DNA of 64,000 bases from Longimicrobiales bacterium (GTDB lineage Bacteria; Gemmatimonadota; Gemmatimonadetes; Longimicrobiales; Gaopeijiaceae): NCBI GenBank assembly GCA_965202985.1, contig CBDBCF010000001.1, forward strand, positions 1-64,000, read 5' to 3'. Shown piece by piece: positions 46,875 to 57,110 of the stretch (its first letter is position 1; each line of letters opens with the position of its first letter). Made by a program: the position numbers and the translations under genes. Below the pieces are notes generated by a model. It saw only the letters and a program-made list of their open reading frames with translations, ran no database searches and was not told the origin of the DNA.

Positions 46875-48424
46875 GAGTCGTCCTCTCCTGCGCCGACGGG
46901 GCCGGGCGACCGCGCAGCCAGACCGGCAGCCACGATCCGCCGCTCGTCGAAGGGCAGCCGTTCGGTCCCCACTTCCTGATAGCTCTCGTGACCCTTCCCG
47001 GCCAGCAGCACGGCATCGCCCGGCGTCGCGGCGTCCAGCGCGTGGCGTATGGCCTCCCGGCGGTCCACGATCTCGACGACCCGACAGCGTCGTCCGGACC
47101 CGTCCCCGTGGTCGGCCGCAGCGGTCCCCGCCGACACCTGGACCACGATCGCCGCCGGGTCCTCCGTCCGCGGGTTGTCGGAGGTGACCACCGCCACATC
47201 GGCCCAGCGCGCCACGGCCGCGCCCATGAGAGGCCGCTTGGCGGGGTCGCGGTCGCCCCCGGCCCCGAAGACGGCGAACAACCGGCCCGACACCAGGGGT
47301 CGCAGCGTCTTCAGCACCTGTTCCAGGGCGTCGGGCGTGTGGGCGAAGTCCACGAACACGGGGAACGGCGCCTTCGCGATCCGTTCCAGTCGGCCGGGAA
47401 CCGGGCGCGCGGCAGCCAGTCCGCGGGCCACGTCTTCCGGGGAAGTGCCCAGCGCCAGCGCGCAGGCCGCGGCGCACAGCGCGTTGGACACGTTGAAGGC
47501 ACCGGGAAGCCGCAACGTCACCGGTGTCCGCTGGCCGTTCCATTCCAGGTCGAAGGCGGAACCGGAGGCCGAGAGGCGCACGTTCCGCGCCCCCAAGTCG
47601 ACCCCGGGCTCCAGCCCGTAGGCCAGCACCGGACCTTGGGGCCGGAGCGCGCGCCAGGCGGGATCGTCGGCGTTGATCACCGCCGTTCCGGCGTCCTTGC
47701 GGAGCTCCAGCAGGCGCGCCTTGGCGGCCCGGTAGCGCTCCAGGTTCCCGTGGTAGTCCAGGTGATCCTGGGTCAGGTTGGTGAAGGCGGTTGCGTCGAA
47801 GCGCACGCCGTCCAGGCGGAACTGGTCCAGCGCGTGAGAGGACGCCTCCAGGACCACGGCCTCCACGCCGGACCGCTCCAAAGACGACATCCACTCGGCC
47901 AGGCGAACCGGCCCCGGGGTGGTCAGCCCGGCGGTGCCCTCTTGGACGCGGCCGTCGGGTCCGGTCAGACCGAACGTGCCGATCGCCGCCGCGGGGGCGG
48001 TCCGTTCCAGGATCGTTCGCAGCAGGAGCGACGTGGTGGTCTTGCCGTTGGTGCCGGTGACGGCCGCCACGCGCATCCGGGGCCACGGCGAACCCGCGGC
48101 GAACCCGGCGGCGGCCGCGGCGGCCAAGCGGGCGTTGTCCACATGCACCTGGGGCAAGCCCGCGCCAGCAACGAGGCGCTCCACGACTGCCGCGGCCGCC
48201 CCCCGACGGGCCGCGGCCGCCACGAAGTCGTGGGCGTCGCTGGCGGCGCCGGCCCACGCCACGAACAGGTCGCCGGGCCCCACCCGCCGGGAGTCGTGCT
48301 CCACGCCCCGGATCGCGAGCGCGTCCCAGCCGCCTTCCGACCCCGAAGGCGCGTCCACCAGCGACTTCACGGCCACGCCGGCGCCCTCCAGGACGGCAAG
48401 CATCGCGGACATGGACACGGTCAC
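46871..48424 (-). CDS. murE: UDP-N-acetylmuramoyl-dipeptide--meso-diaminopimelate ligase
   Basis: TGTNGKTT, LTTP, FTNLTQDHLDYH, DFAHTPD, SDNPR (meso-DAP type) and AGKGHE motifs. Confidence 0.95.
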   Translation of the reverse strand: MTVSMSAMLAVLEGAGVAVKSLVDAPSGSEGGWDALAIRGVEHDSRRVGPGDLFVAWAGAASDAHDFVAAAARRGAAAAVVERLVAGAGLPQVHVDNARLAAAAAAGFAAGSPWPRMRVAAVTGTNGKTTTSLLLRTILERTAPAAAIGTFGLTGPDGRVQEGTAGLTTPGPVRLAEWMSSLERSGVEAVVLEASSHALDQFRLDGVRFDATAFTNLTQDHLDYHGNLERYRAAKARLLELRKDAGTAVINADDPAWRALRPQGPVLAYGLEPGVDLGARNVRLSASGSAFDLEWNGQRTPVTLRLPGAFNVSNALCAAACALALGTSPEDVARGLAAARPVPGRLERIAKAPFPVFVDFAHTPDALEQVLKTLRPLVSGRLFAVFGAGGDRDPAKRPLMGAAVARWADVAVVTSDNPRTEDPAAIVVQVSAGTAAADHGDGSGRRCRVVEIVDRREAIRHALDAATPGDAVLLAGKGHESYQEVGTERLPFDERRIVAAGLAARSPGPVGAGEDDS

Positions 48425-50514
48425 GCGCCCCCCCTGCCCCGCACCCGCACCGTGTCCCCGGCCGCGACGACGGCCCCGGGGCCGGGAATGGTCCGGGTCA
48501 CGGCACCGCTTCCCTCCAGGCGCACCCGGAGCCCCATCTTGTGGAGGCGCCGGACCGCCACGCGCATCGACGCGCCCTCCAACCTGGGCACCACCATCGA
48601 CTGCGCCGCCGCGGAAGTCTCCGCCGCTCCGGCGACTCCGTCGGGCCCCGCGCCGGCCGCTCGGCCGCCAATGGTCGCCGGAACGCCACCGCTTGTCGGC
48701 ACGCCGCCGCCCGACGACGACGCCAAGCGGAACGGACTGGGACCGCCCTCGACGGCCGCCACGGCGAAGCGCACCAGCGGCGTGGTGGGCGGAGGCGGGA
48801 TGTAGTGGCGCTGCACGCGGGCCAGGGCGCGTCGGTCGATCGGCGACTGCCGAGCCGACAGCAGGCTTTCCAAGGCCGTGCGGGTCACCGGCGCCGCGGT
48901 GGCGCCCCCGTAGTACTCCCCCTTCGGCCGGTCCAGCTTCACGAAGAAGAGCAGCTGCGGATCGTCGGCGGGAAAGTAGGCCCCGAACGACGAGTGGTAC
49001 GCGCCCGGCTCGTAGCGTCCGCCGACCCCCACCGCGCGCGCCGTGCCGCTCTTCCCCGCCACCAGGAACGACGACATGCGGGCGCGACTCCCGGTCCCGT
49101 TCTCCACCACGTCCACCAGGACGCGGGTCAGCGCCTCGGCGACCCAGGGCGCCACCACGCGCCGCACCACGCGAGGGCGCCCGAAGCGCACCGGACTCCC
49201 GTCGGGCTGGCGCACCTCCTTGATCAGGCGGGGCTCCATGAGCAGTCCGCCGTTGGCCAGCACGCCGAACGCCACGGCCATCTGCAACGGCGTGACGGCC
49301 AGCTCGTAGCCGAACGACAGCGAGTGGGACGACTGCCCCGACCACTGCTCCGGCCGTCGCAGCAGCCCCGCGGCCTCGCTGGGCAGAAGCACGCCGGTGG
49401 GCGTCCCGAAGCCGAAGTCGCGCAAGCTGGTGTACTGCTGCCCCCGCGACAGGCGTTCGCCGAACTTCGCGATCCCGACGTTGGACGACTGCTGGATCAC
49501 CTCGTGAAGGGTCATCCAGCCGCCGCCGTGCACGTCGGTGATCTCGCGCCCCGCCACCTCCCACGCGCCCTGGCCCGTGTCCACGGAGTCGGACAGGGCG
49601 GCCAGCCCATGGGACAGCAGCGCCGCCGCCGTGAACGGCTTGACCGTGGAGCCGGGCTCGTAGGTCGTGGTCACGGCCGAAAGCACCGCCTCGGCGCCGC
49701 GCCGCACCGACGCCATCGCCAGGATCTCGCCGGTCACCGGGTCCGTCACTACCAAGTCGCCGCCCCGAGCGCCGGCCGAGCCGACCGCGTCCGAGAGCAC
49801 TTCTTCGGCGATGGCCTGAAGATCCATGTCGATGGTGAGCACCACGTCGTGGCCGGCCACGGGCTCCTGCACCGCGACGACCTGGCCGGGGATTTCGGCG
49901 CCCAGGTTGTCGCGGGCCACCGTCTCCCGCCCCGCTTGGCCCGCCAGCATCGAGTCCATGGCCTGTTCAACCCCGCCCGCGCCGACTCCGTCGCGGACCG
50001 TTCCCAGCAGACCGCGCGCCAGTCCCTCCCTGGGGTAGAGACGCCGCAGTTCGCCCTGGACGTGAACGCCTCGGACGCCTCGGAGCCTGGAGACCTGGGT
50101 CATCGAGTAGCGACCCGGCGCCACCTGCCAGGAACGCTCGGCGTCCGACACCCGCCGCGCGGTCCGGGCGCGCACGCCCAAGTTCTCCACAAGCGCGGCG
50201 ACAACCTGTTCGCGATCCCGAATCTCGTTCGGCGCCACGCCCACGGAGGCCCGCCAGTGGGTCACCGCCAGCTCGCCCCCGTTGCGGTCCAGGATCCGCC
50301 CCCGCGAGGCCGGAACCACCTGGCTTTTCTGGTGCTGGCCCAAGGCGTCGGTCGCCCACTGCTGTCGCTCCAGGATCTGAACCTCCGCCGCGCGCACGAC
50401 CATGACCGCCGACAGCAGCAGCCACGACAGGAGCACGAACCGGCGGCGGGCTCGCACCTTGCGGTAGGGCGGCGGACGCTTTCCCGGCGGGGGGCGCGTA
50501 ACGTGGACGCTCAC
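48421..50514 (-). CDS. ftsI: Division transpeptidase FtsI/PBP3 with a C-terminal PASTA domain
   Basis: RGRILDRNG, EPGSTVK (SxxK), SSN and GKSGTA motifs; PASTA-like VVPRLEG.. Confidence 0.93.
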   Translation of the reverse strand: MSVHVTRPPPGKRPPPYRKVRARRRFVLLSWLLLSAVMVVRAAEVQILERQQWATDALGQHQKSQVVPASRGRILDRNGGELAVTHWRASVGVAPNEIRDREQVVAALVENLGVRARTARRVSDAERSWQVAPGRYSMTQVSRLRGVRGVHVQGELRRLYPREGLARGLLGTVRDGVGAGGVEQAMDSMLAGQAGRETVARDNLGAEIPGQVVAVQEPVAGHDVVLTIDMDLQAIAEEVLSDAVGSAGARGGDLVVTDPVTGEILAMASVRRGAEAVLSAVTTTYEPGSTVKPFTAAALLSHGLAALSDSVDTGQGAWEVAGREITDVHGGGWMTLHEVIQQSSNVGIAKFGERLSRGQQYTSLRDFGFGTPTGVLLPSEAAGLLRRPEQWSGQSSHSLSFGYELAVTPLQMAVAFGVLANGGLLMEPRLIKEVRQPDGSPVRFGRPRVVRRVVAPWVAEALTRVLVDVVENGTGSRARMSSFLVAGKSGTARAVGVGGRYEPGAYHSSFGAYFPADDPQLLFFVKLDRPKGEYYGGATAAPVTRTALESLLSARQSPIDRRALARVQRHYIPPPPTTPLVRFAVAAVEGGPSPFRLASSSGGGVPTSGGVPATIGGRAAGAGPDGVAGAAETSAAAQSMVVPRLEGASMRVAVRRLHKMGLRVRLEGSGAVTRTIPGPGAVVAAGDTVRVRGRGGA

Positions 50515-50795
50515 CGGAAGCCTCCCGACGGGATGACCACCTCTCGCTCGGTGGGCGGTCGCAGTCCCAGCCGACGAGCGGCCTCCGCCCCGATCCACGA
50601 ACGCCCTTCAATCACCACCAGGCGCCGAGCCAGCTCTTCCTGCTCGTCCGCGGCCAGGGCCAGATCTCGGACCACGTCGTCCAGCGCCGCCATCGTCTCG
50701 CGCGCGGTGGACTGGCGCCATGCCACCAGCGTCAGCGCGCCGACCACGGCGGCCAGGGCCAGGACGGCGCGGCCCACCGAGCCCTTCCTGCTCAT
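50511..50795 (-). CDS. ftsL: FtsL-like cell division protein
   Basis: Small TM plus coiled-coil protein ending A..RLGL..P...EVV; lies between rsmH and ftsI. Confidence 0.75.
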   Translation of the reverse strand: MSRKGSVGRAVLALAAVVGALTLVAWRQSTARETMAALDDVVRDLALAADEQEELARRLVVIEGRSWIGAEAARRLGLRPPTEREVVIPSGGFR

Positions 50796-51724
50796 GCCGC
50801 CTTCCTCCATGCCCGCAACCGGGCCGGCTTGGCCCGGGAGTTCGACCGCACTTCGGCGTCTGCCGGCGTGACGGGCCGCCGCGTCAGGACGGCGCCGGCG
50901 CCGGGAAGCTCCCCCTGCCGGACCGGGACCCGCCGGGGCAGCGCGGCGGCGGGGTCGCTCCACGCTCGGAACGCCTGCTTCACCAAGCGGTCCTCGACCG
51001 AGTGGTAGGAGATGACGACAAGAACGGCACCGGGCCGCAGGACGTCGCGGATGGCGGGAAGCGCCTCGGCCAGGGCGCGCTTCTCGTCGTTGACGGCCAT
51101 GCGCAGCGCCTGAAAGAGCCGCGCCTTCTCGCCGTGGCGCGCGCGCCGGCCCAAGACCGACTCCAAGACGGCCACCAAGTCGTCGCTGGCGCGCAGCGGC
51201 CGTTCGGCCCGCCGGCGGACGATCCTGCCGGCCAGCGTCGTGGGGCGGGGCGCGTCTCCTTCCTTCAGGGCTTGGACCAGCTCCTCGCGCGACGCCGACG
51301 CCAGGAGGGCGGCCGCCGTGACGCCTGCGCCCTGGTGCATCCTCATGTCCAAGGGCGCGCCCCGGCGGAACGTGAACCCGCGGCGGTCGTCGTCCAGTTG
51401 GCGCGAGCTGGTGCCCAGGTCCAGGAATGCCCCTGCCAGCCCCTCGGCACGCACCCACGGAAGCGCGGCGGCGCGCCGAAACGACGCGCGCTCCACTCTG
51501 GCGCGGTCGCGGAATGCGGCCAGCCTTGCCCGCGCCGCCTTCAGCGCCTCGGGGTCCCGGTCCACGCCCAGCAGCCGACAGCGGGGCAACCGCCGAAGGA
51601 GCGCCTCCGCATGGCCCCCGCCGCCGACCGTTCCGTCCAGGTAGAGGCCGTCGTCGCACGCGGGCGTGCCCGCGGTCCAATAACTCACGGCCTCCTCCAC
51701 GAGGACCGGGCGGTGGTGCGGCAT
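50792..51724 (-). CDS. rsmH: 16S rRNA m4C1402 methyltransferase
   Basis: HRPVL.EE, DGTVGGGGH, DLGTSS.QLD..RGF, FQALR.AVN.E and ISYHSVEDR.VK motifs. Confidence 0.95.
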   Translation of the reverse strand: MPHHRPVLVEEAVSYWTAGTPACDDGLYLDGTVGGGGHAEALLRRLPRCRLLGVDRDPEALKAARARLAAFRDRARVERASFRRAAALPWVRAEGLAGAFLDLGTSSRQLDDDRRGFTFRRGAPLDMRMHQGAGVTAAALLASASREELVQALKEGDAPRPTTLAGRIVRRRAERPLRASDDLVAVLESVLGRRARHGEKARLFQALRMAVNDEKRALAEALPAIRDVLRPGAVLVVISYHSVEDRLVKQAFRAWSDPAAALPRRVPVRQGELPGAGAVLTRRPVTPADAEVRSNSRAKPARLRAWRKAA

Positions 51725-51746
51725 CGCACGCGAGGGCTCCCCGTCC

Positions 51747-52175
51747 TCACCCGAAGATCTGGGCGGCGAAGTCGTCATCGGGAGCCTCGCGGGCGATCTG
51801 CTTCTCGAAGTCGGCGGGGTTCCAGAGTTCGATGCGGTCGACCGCGCCGATGAAGAGCACCGTTCCATCCAGCCTGGCGCTCTCGCGCAACAGGCCGGGG
51901 ATCAGTATCCGCCCGGCGCCGTCCGGCTCCACCTCCGCCGCGCTGGCGGTGATCCGCCGCAGGTAGGCCCCGCGGTCCGCTTGGCGCTTGCGGTGGTCCA
52001 AGAGGTTCTCCCGGATTCGGGCCCAGGTCTTTGCCGGAAACAGGTCCAGGTGCGTTTCCTGCCACTGAAGAAGGACCAGCGGACCCGACGACACGGCGCG
52101 ACGAAACGCCGAGGGGAGGCTGACGCGCCCCTTCTCGTCGATTCGGAAATCGTGTCTGCCGAGCAGTCCAAGCAT
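51747..52175 (-). CDS. mraZ: Division/cell wall cluster transcriptional repressor MraZ
   Basis: IDEKGRVSLP..FR, D.AGRILIP and G..DRIELW motifs. Confidence 0.93.
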   Translation of the reverse strand: MLGLLGRHDFRIDEKGRVSLPSAFRRAVSSGPLVLLQWQETHLDLFPAKTWARIRENLLDHRKRQADRGAYLRRITASAAEVEPDGAGRILIPGLLRESARLDGTVLFIGAVDRIELWNPADFEKQIAREAPDDDFAAQIFG

Positions 52176-52198
52176 GGTTTCGTGGTTTCGGGGCATGG

Positions 52199-52258
52199 CC
52201 CATTGTCCCATTTTATCCCATTGTGCCCCACTTTAACACACCACGACCCCGATTGCAA
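52199..52258 (-). promoter_or_regulatory. dcw promoter (TTGCAA-N17-TAAAGT) with overlapping and downstream MraZ TGGG direct repeats
   Basis: Minus-strand -35 at 52258-52253 and -10 at 52235-52230. TGGG occurs at 52230, 52220 and 52210 (10-bp period) and at 52202, matching the known MraZ box arrangement. Confidence 0.8.
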
Positions 52259-52343
52259 GCGAAAAGTTCCCGGAAGGCCCGGCGACGGTCGGACAAGACG
52301 CGGACGACTTGGGCGCACGGGGCGTCTTCGAGGGGGAAACCGG

Positions 52344-52382
52344 GAACAACAAAAGCGCCGCGAGCCCGAAGGCCCGCGGCGC
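52344..52382 (-). terminator. Rho-independent terminator after the TPR gene
   Basis: Minus strand reads GCGCCGCGGGCC-TTCG-GGCTCGCGGCGC followed by TTTTGTTGTT. Confidence 0.85.
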
Positions 52383-52435
52383 CTTGCCGCCCCTAGCCAG
52401 CTAGGCGGATCAATAGGGGGGAAGCCCGCCCCTGG

Positions 52436-54193
52436 TCAGTTACCCCGCTGAATGATCGTCTGCTGGATCTCGATGTACTGCTGGGTAGCGTCGCGGAACT
52501 GCTGGAGCGAGATCGACGGCCGCGTCGCTATGTACGCCGCGACCCGAGCCAAGCCGAAGAGGCGCGCCGCCTCGCGGAACTTGGGCAGGGTGGTCTGGGC
52601 GGTCTGAAGGGTTTGAGGTTTTTCCTGCTCCAAGCCCTGGTTGTAGAGCACGTAGGCGTGCCAGAAGTCCAGCTCGCCGGCTTCCTCGTCGGAAAGCTGG
52701 CTCTCGAACTCCTTGCCTAGCTTGATCAGGCGCTCGGCGTACGGCCAATTCTTCGGGGTCGCAACGATGCCCCTGGCGTGACCTCTGGCGAACAGGTTGC
52801 GGGCCACGACGCGAGCGGGCTGCTCGCCCTTCTGCACGGCCTGCTGGAAGTACGAAAACGCGTCGTCCACGCGGTCCGCCGCCAGCAGCCACGTCCCTTG
52901 CCGCATCTTCACGTTGGGGAAGTCCGCATCGAGGCTCTCGACCCGGTCCAGCGCGGCGACCGCGTCGTCCAACCGGTCGGCCCTCTGGAGGATGTTGGCG
53001 TACTGGGACCAGATCTCCACCTCTTCGGCGTGCGTTTCCAGTGCGCGCTCCGCCATGGAGACGGCTTGGTCCAGCATGTCCAGCTCGTAGTAGGAGGCGA
53101 TCATTTGCCGGAGGTGGGCGCCGTCCATCTCCACGCCTTGGACCTCGTAGGCCTTCTCGTACGAGTCGACCGCCTTTCGGTAGAGCGCGGCCACTTCGGG
53201 CGGCAAGGACTCGTCCGCGGACCCGGCGCCGCGAATGTCCTGCGCCGCGCGGGTGGCGAACGAGGCGTGCTGGAGGAGGAGGTCCACGTTGGCGTCGTCC
53301 AAGCTCAGGCCCTCTTCGATGAGCAGCATGGCGCCCTCGGGGTCGCCGGCCGTGGCCAGCTCGTAGGCGATGTTCATGCGGATCACGGCATTGCCCGGAT
53401 CCAGCTGCAGGTAGCGCGTATACAGCTCCCTGCCCTCGTCGCGACGGCCCATCTGCGTGGCCTGGTAGCCAGCCAGCTGCAGCGCCTGCTCGTTGAGCGG
53501 GTCGAGCTCGATGACCTTCATGGCCTCGTCGTAGGCCTCCTGGTCGCGCCCCTGCTCACGATGGACCATGGCGTACACGAGCCTGACCTGGGCGTCGTCC
53601 GGGTTCATCTCCAAGGCCCGCGTGCAGTTGGTCTCGGCGCTGATCCAGTCCTTGGAAGCGTAGTACTCGGCGCAGAACGCCTTGTGGCGAAGCTGGTCGA
53701 CGTAGGTGCTGAAGGAACCGGAGATCTCCTGCGCGGCGGCCTCGTACTCCTTCTCGCCCCACGTCCGGTCCGGGATCGGGAAGTTGGTGCCGCCGGGGGC
53801 CGAGAAGCGAACGCCGGAGAGAGACACTTCCTTGGTGTCCTTGTTCTCCGTGTACTGGCCGCAGAAGACCAGCTCCACGTTCATCTGAGTCGCCAGCTGC
53901 ACCGAGCGGATGCAGTCGAGTTCGTCGAGGTCCAGGTCGAAGTCCCTCGCCTTGTCCTTGATCTCGTCCTCTTCCACCGGCTGGTGAGTCGGAAACTGGT
54001 TGATGAGCTTCCGCAGCTCCTTGGCCAAGTCCTTGCCGAAGTCGTCGTCGGCGTCGGCCATCGGGACCAGGTTCGTGACCATCACCCGGTACCGCTCGGC
54101 CACTTGAGCGCCCGCCCCGGGCGTCAGGAGTCCTCCGAGCAGGACGAACACGCCTGCACCGGCTACCCCGAAGCGCAGCCACCAACTTCTCAT
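52436..54193 (-). CDS. Exported tetratricopeptide-repeat protein
   Basis: Signal peptide MRSWWLRFG...PGAGAQ and several TPR-like helices (ALEMNPDD, IELDPLN, LQLDPGN); SD-like GGGAGAAGAGAG upstream. Confidence 0.8.
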   Translation of the reverse strand: MRSWWLRFGVAGAGVFVLLGGLLTPGAGAQVAERYRVMVTNLVPMADADDDFGKDLAKELRKLINQFPTHQPVEEDEIKDKARDFDLDLDELDCIRSVQLATQMNVELVFCGQYTENKDTKEVSLSGVRFSAPGGTNFPIPDRTWGEKEYEAAAQEISGSFSTYVDQLRHKAFCAEYYASKDWISAETNCTRALEMNPDDAQVRLVYAMVHREQGRDQEAYDEAMKVIELDPLNEQALQLAGYQATQMGRRDEGRELYTRYLQLDPGNAVIRMNIAYELATAGDPEGAMLLIEEGLSLDDANVDLLLQHASFATRAAQDIRGAGSADESLPPEVAALYRKAVDSYEKAYEVQGVEMDGAHLRQMIASYYELDMLDQAVSMAERALETHAEEVEIWSQYANILQRADRLDDAVAALDRVESLDADFPNVKMRQGTWLLAADRVDDAFSYFQQAVQKGEQPARVVARNLFARGHARGIVATPKNWPYAERLIKLGKEFESQLSDEEAGELDFWHAYVLYNQGLEQEKPQTLQTAQTTLPKFREAARLFGLARVAAYIATRPSISLQQFRDATQQYIEIQQTIIQRGN

Positions 54194-54255
54194 GTCTCTC
54201 TTCTCCCTCTGGGGTTCGCGAAGCGTGCCAAGCGAGCGGGGCTTGGCAAGCGCGT

Positions 54256-54285
54256 AATGTATAGAAACGTCTTGCGGAAGGTCAA
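54256..54285 (-). promoter_or_regulatory. Putative sigma70 promoter of the TPR gene (TTGACC-N18-TACATT)
   Basis: Consensus-like hexamers in an AT-richer intergenic segment; motif match only. Confidence 0.45.
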
Positions 54286-54427
54286 CCGGTCCGCCGCCGC
54301 CGGCCTTCGCGTCTGGCAGAATCTCCGCCGGTTGGGCAGATTGGTTGACGCTCCGTCGGCGCCCAAGCGCGGCAGTCGGCGGGAATCGGTCAGCAAACCG
54401 CGCCTCGACAGGCGCAAGGAGGCAACC

Positions 54428-54997
54428 TTGAAGAAGATCGTCCTGACGGCGTTCGCACTCGTGTCGGTCGCCGCAGCTTCTCCGGCAGGCGTGGGCGCCC
54501 AGAACTGCTGGGTTCGCGGCGACTTGGACGACCGGCCCAGCCCGCTCGATTCGGCGATGGTGGCCGTCGGCGGCGCCGAGGTGAAGGTGTGCTACGGCGC
54601 ACCCTCGGCACGGGGGCGGACCTTGATCGGCGGCGAAGGCCACCGGAACGCCTACCCCTTCGGCAGCACGTGGCGGCTCGGCGCCAACGAAGCCACGTCG
54701 ATCCACCTTCCCTTCGCCGCCTCGGTGGCGGGCGTGGATTTGGACGCAGGCTCCTACTCCCTGTACGCCGTCGTCGGCGAGACCTCGTGGGAGATTCACG
54801 TCCACGGCGTGGCCGAGCGGTGGGGCGTCCCCATCGACGGCGATGGCGACGTGGGGTCGGGCTCGGTTTCGGTGAGCACGGGCGACCACGTGGAGCGTCT
54901 CTCCATGTCGTTCGAGGACGCCTCCGACGAAGGCGCCACGCTGGTGGTGGCTTGGGAGAGCTACCGGGCGGAGGTGCCGGTCCGCCGCAGGAACTGA
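54428..54997 (+). CDS. DUF2911-family exported protein
   Basis: AAGGAGG SD before TTG; signal peptide; RPSP, V.YG.PS.RGR and PFG..WRLGANEAT motifs. Confidence 0.85.
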   Translation: MKKIVLTAFALVSVAAASPAGVGAQNCWVRGDLDDRPSPLDSAMVAVGGAEVKVCYGAPSARGRTLIGGEGHRNAYPFGSTWRLGANEATSIHLPFAASVAGVDLDAGSYSLYAVVGETSWEIHVHGVAERWGVPIDGDGDVGSGSVSVSTGDHVERLSMSFEDASDEGATLVVAWESYRAEVPVRRRN

Positions 54998-55013
54998 TCC
55001 GGCCCGGACGCGC

Positions 55014-56198
55014 CTAGAGAAGAGCGTCTTCGACAAGCTCGGCGACCCCCGGCGGGGTGCGGGGGTCGCCGGGGTCGAAGACGGGTATTGACCAGGGGAG
55101 GTCGGGCTGGTCCGTGACCACGGCCAGGGCGCCCGCCTTCCGGGCGTCGCGGGGTTGCAGGACGGGCTCCGGCTGGGCCGTCGCTCGATAGATCTCGATC
55201 TTGGGCACGGACGCGGCGCGGAAGCCCTCCGCAACCACGAGGTCGGCTCCCCGCATGTGGCGGCTCAGCAGCAGGTCCAGGGGCGGCTCGGCGGGCCAGT
55301 CGCCGATCAGCGCGAACTCGGCGGGGCCGGCCAGCAGGACTCTCTCGGCGCGGCCTTCGCGTCGGTGGCGCCACGAGTCGGTTCCCGGCGTGTCCAGGCG
55401 GAAGCGGTGGCCGTGCTTGACGGACATGACCCGATGCCCCCGTCGCGTCATCTCGGCCATGAGCGCCACGGCCAACGTCGTCTTGCCCGAGTTCTTGTTG
55501 CCCACCACCGAGACGGTCGGGGGCGGCAGGTCGCTTGGCCGGTTCACGTCGCGGAAGGCCTCTTGCGGAAGGCCCGCGTCGACGACCGCAGGCTCCAGGG
55601 AGCGCGCGAACGCCCCGGTTCGCAGGTCGCCGCCGTCCAGCGTCGCGCCCAGCCGCCCTCGATCCCGTGCCGGATAGACGGCGCACAGAGGTTCGAAGCC
55701 CCAGGGAGAGCCGGTCCGGGCCGCGACCGGCGCCGAAGCGCCCCCAGCGTACCCGGAGCGCCACGCCTCCGCCAGCCGCTTCAGCGCCGAAGCCTCCACC
55801 CACGGCATGTCCACCGCCAGCACCAACGCGCCGTCCAGACCCGCTTCCGCCGCCGCGCGCAGGGCCGCGTCGATCCCGCCCAGCGGGCCCAGTCCCGGCC
55901 TTCGGTCGCCCGCAACGGTCACGCGGGCCGGCGGCGCCTCATGCCCGCGAATCGGCGCCCCGGCGCCCGGCACGCGGTCGGCCGCCAGCCCCTCGCGCAC
56001 CCTCTTGGTCACGACCGGGTCGTTGGCCACAACCACCACGCGGTCGCACACCGTCGCCAAGCGATCCGCCGCCACGCGCCACAGGGGACGCCCGTGGAGC
56101 CGCGCCAGCGCCTTGGGCGACCCGAAGCGCCGACTGGCGCCGCCGGCCAGCACCGTCCCCAGCAGGCCGCCCCCTCCGGGCGGGCCAGGCGCCGTCAC
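55014..56198 (-). CDS. mobAB: Fused molybdenum cofactor guanylyltransferase MobA and MobB
   Basis: VLAGGASRRFG.PKA, GPLGGI, EPLCAVY and VN.P.DL, followed by the MobB motifs VVGNKNSGKTT, VKHGH, D.PG.DSWRH and VAEGF. Confidence 0.88.
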   Translation of the reverse strand: MTAPGPPGGGGLLGTVLAGGASRRFGSPKALARLHGRPLWRVAADRLATVCDRVVVVANDPVVTKRVREGLAADRVPGAGAPIRGHEAPPARVTVAGDRRPGLGPLGGIDAALRAAAEAGLDGALVLAVDMPWVEASALKRLAEAWRSGYAGGASAPVAARTGSPWGFEPLCAVYPARDRGRLGATLDGGDLRTGAFARSLEPAVVDAGLPQEAFRDVNRPSDLPPPTVSVVGNKNSGKTTLAVALMAEMTRRGHRVMSVKHGHRFRLDTPGTDSWRHRREGRAERVLLAGPAEFALIGDWPAEPPLDLLLSRHMRGADLVVAEGFRAASVPKIEIYRATAQPEPVLQPRDARKAGALAVVTDQPDLPWSIPVFDPGDPRTPPGVAELVEDALL

Positions 56199-57061
56199 GC
56201 CTTCCGCACGATCCGCTGGGCGCCCGCGTACACGTTGCAGCCTCCGTCGTCGGTGAAGCCGGTCAGCGTCATGTTGAAGCGTCGCGCGAAGTCCACGGCC
56301 AAGCTGGTCGCCGCCCCCACGGCCACCACCATCGGGAAGCCCGCCATGGCCGCCTTTTGGAGGATGTCGAACGACGACCGCCCGGAGACCACCAAGCCGA
56401 GGCCCGGCGCCGGCAGCTCCCGGGACAGCACCAAGCGTCCCGCCACCTTGTCCACCGCGTTGTGGCGCGCCACGTCCTCGCGGACCAGAACCATGCGCCC
56501 GGTGGAGTCGAAGAGCCCCGCCGCGTGGATGCCGCCGGTTCGATCGAAGACCTTCTGGGTGGCCCGCAGCGCCCCCGGCAGCGCCCGCACCGCCGCCTCG
56601 GAAACGGCGAACTCGCCGCTCGCCACCGCAGGCCGACCGGCCATGACCTCCACGGCCTCCAGCGACCCCTTCCCGCACACGCCGCACGACGACGCGACGT
56701 AGAAGTTGCGGACCAAGCCGGCGGCGTCGAACGCCTTCGGGTCTCGGATGGACACGGTGACCACGTTGTACTCCTGGGGCGTCGCGTTCCGGCAGTAGCG
56801 CGCGCCCGCCACCGCTTCCGCGCTGGTCACGACGCCCTCGGTGACGACGAACCCGGCGGCCAGCTCGAAGTCGTCTCCCGGCGTGCGCATGGTAACGGCA
56901 ACTGGACGCTCCACGGCGCCGCCGTCGGGCGAAGGCGCCTCGATCCGCACTTCCATGGGCTCTTCCACGGCCACCCGGTCGGCGCGGTCCGCGAGCCCCC
57001 CGCCTCGCAGTCGCGCCATTTGGATGCGGGCCGTCCTGCGCCGCCGCCCGGTCTTCGCCAC
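56195..57061 (-). CDS. fdhD: Formate dehydrogenase accessory sulfurtransferase FdhD
   Basis: VAVEEP, TMRTPG.D.EL..GF, SSCGVCGK, TGGIHAA and REDVARHNAVDK motifs. Confidence 0.93.
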   Translation of the reverse strand: MAKTGRRRRTARIQMARLRGGGLADRADRVAVEEPMEVRIEAPSPDGGAVERPVAVTMRTPGDDFELAAGFVVTEGVVTSAEAVAGARYCRNATPQEYNVVTVSIRDPKAFDAAGLVRNFYVASSCGVCGKGSLEAVEVMAGRPAVASGEFAVSEAAVRALPGALRATQKVFDRTGGIHAAGLFDSTGRMVLVREDVARHNAVDKVAGRLVLSRELPAPGLGLVVSGRSSFDILQKAAMAGFPMVVAVGAATSLAVDFARRFNMTLTGFTDDGGCNVYAGAQRIVRKA

Positions 57062-57110
57062 TAACCCCCCTCGCTTTGGTGCTGCCGACAAGAGAACATA
57101 TGTTCCTGCC

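Noticed and set aside
36676..51680. Apparent very long dcw proteins or fusions in the ORF track (e.g. 970-aa murG and mraY ORFs)
   Set aside because: The extensions are open off-frame readings of the upstream gene; true starts are the overlapping GTG/ATG codons.
6388..54427. Many long antisense or alternate-frame ORFs (e.g. 6388..9015+, 19240..21471+, 28338..31190+, 33987..36692+)
   Set aside because: These are Arg/Gly/Pro-rich shadow frames of well-supported genes, expected at high GC, with no recognisable motifs.
55014..56198. MobA-MobB fusion as a novelty
   Set aside because: MobA/MobB fusions are already known; recorded as a feature only.
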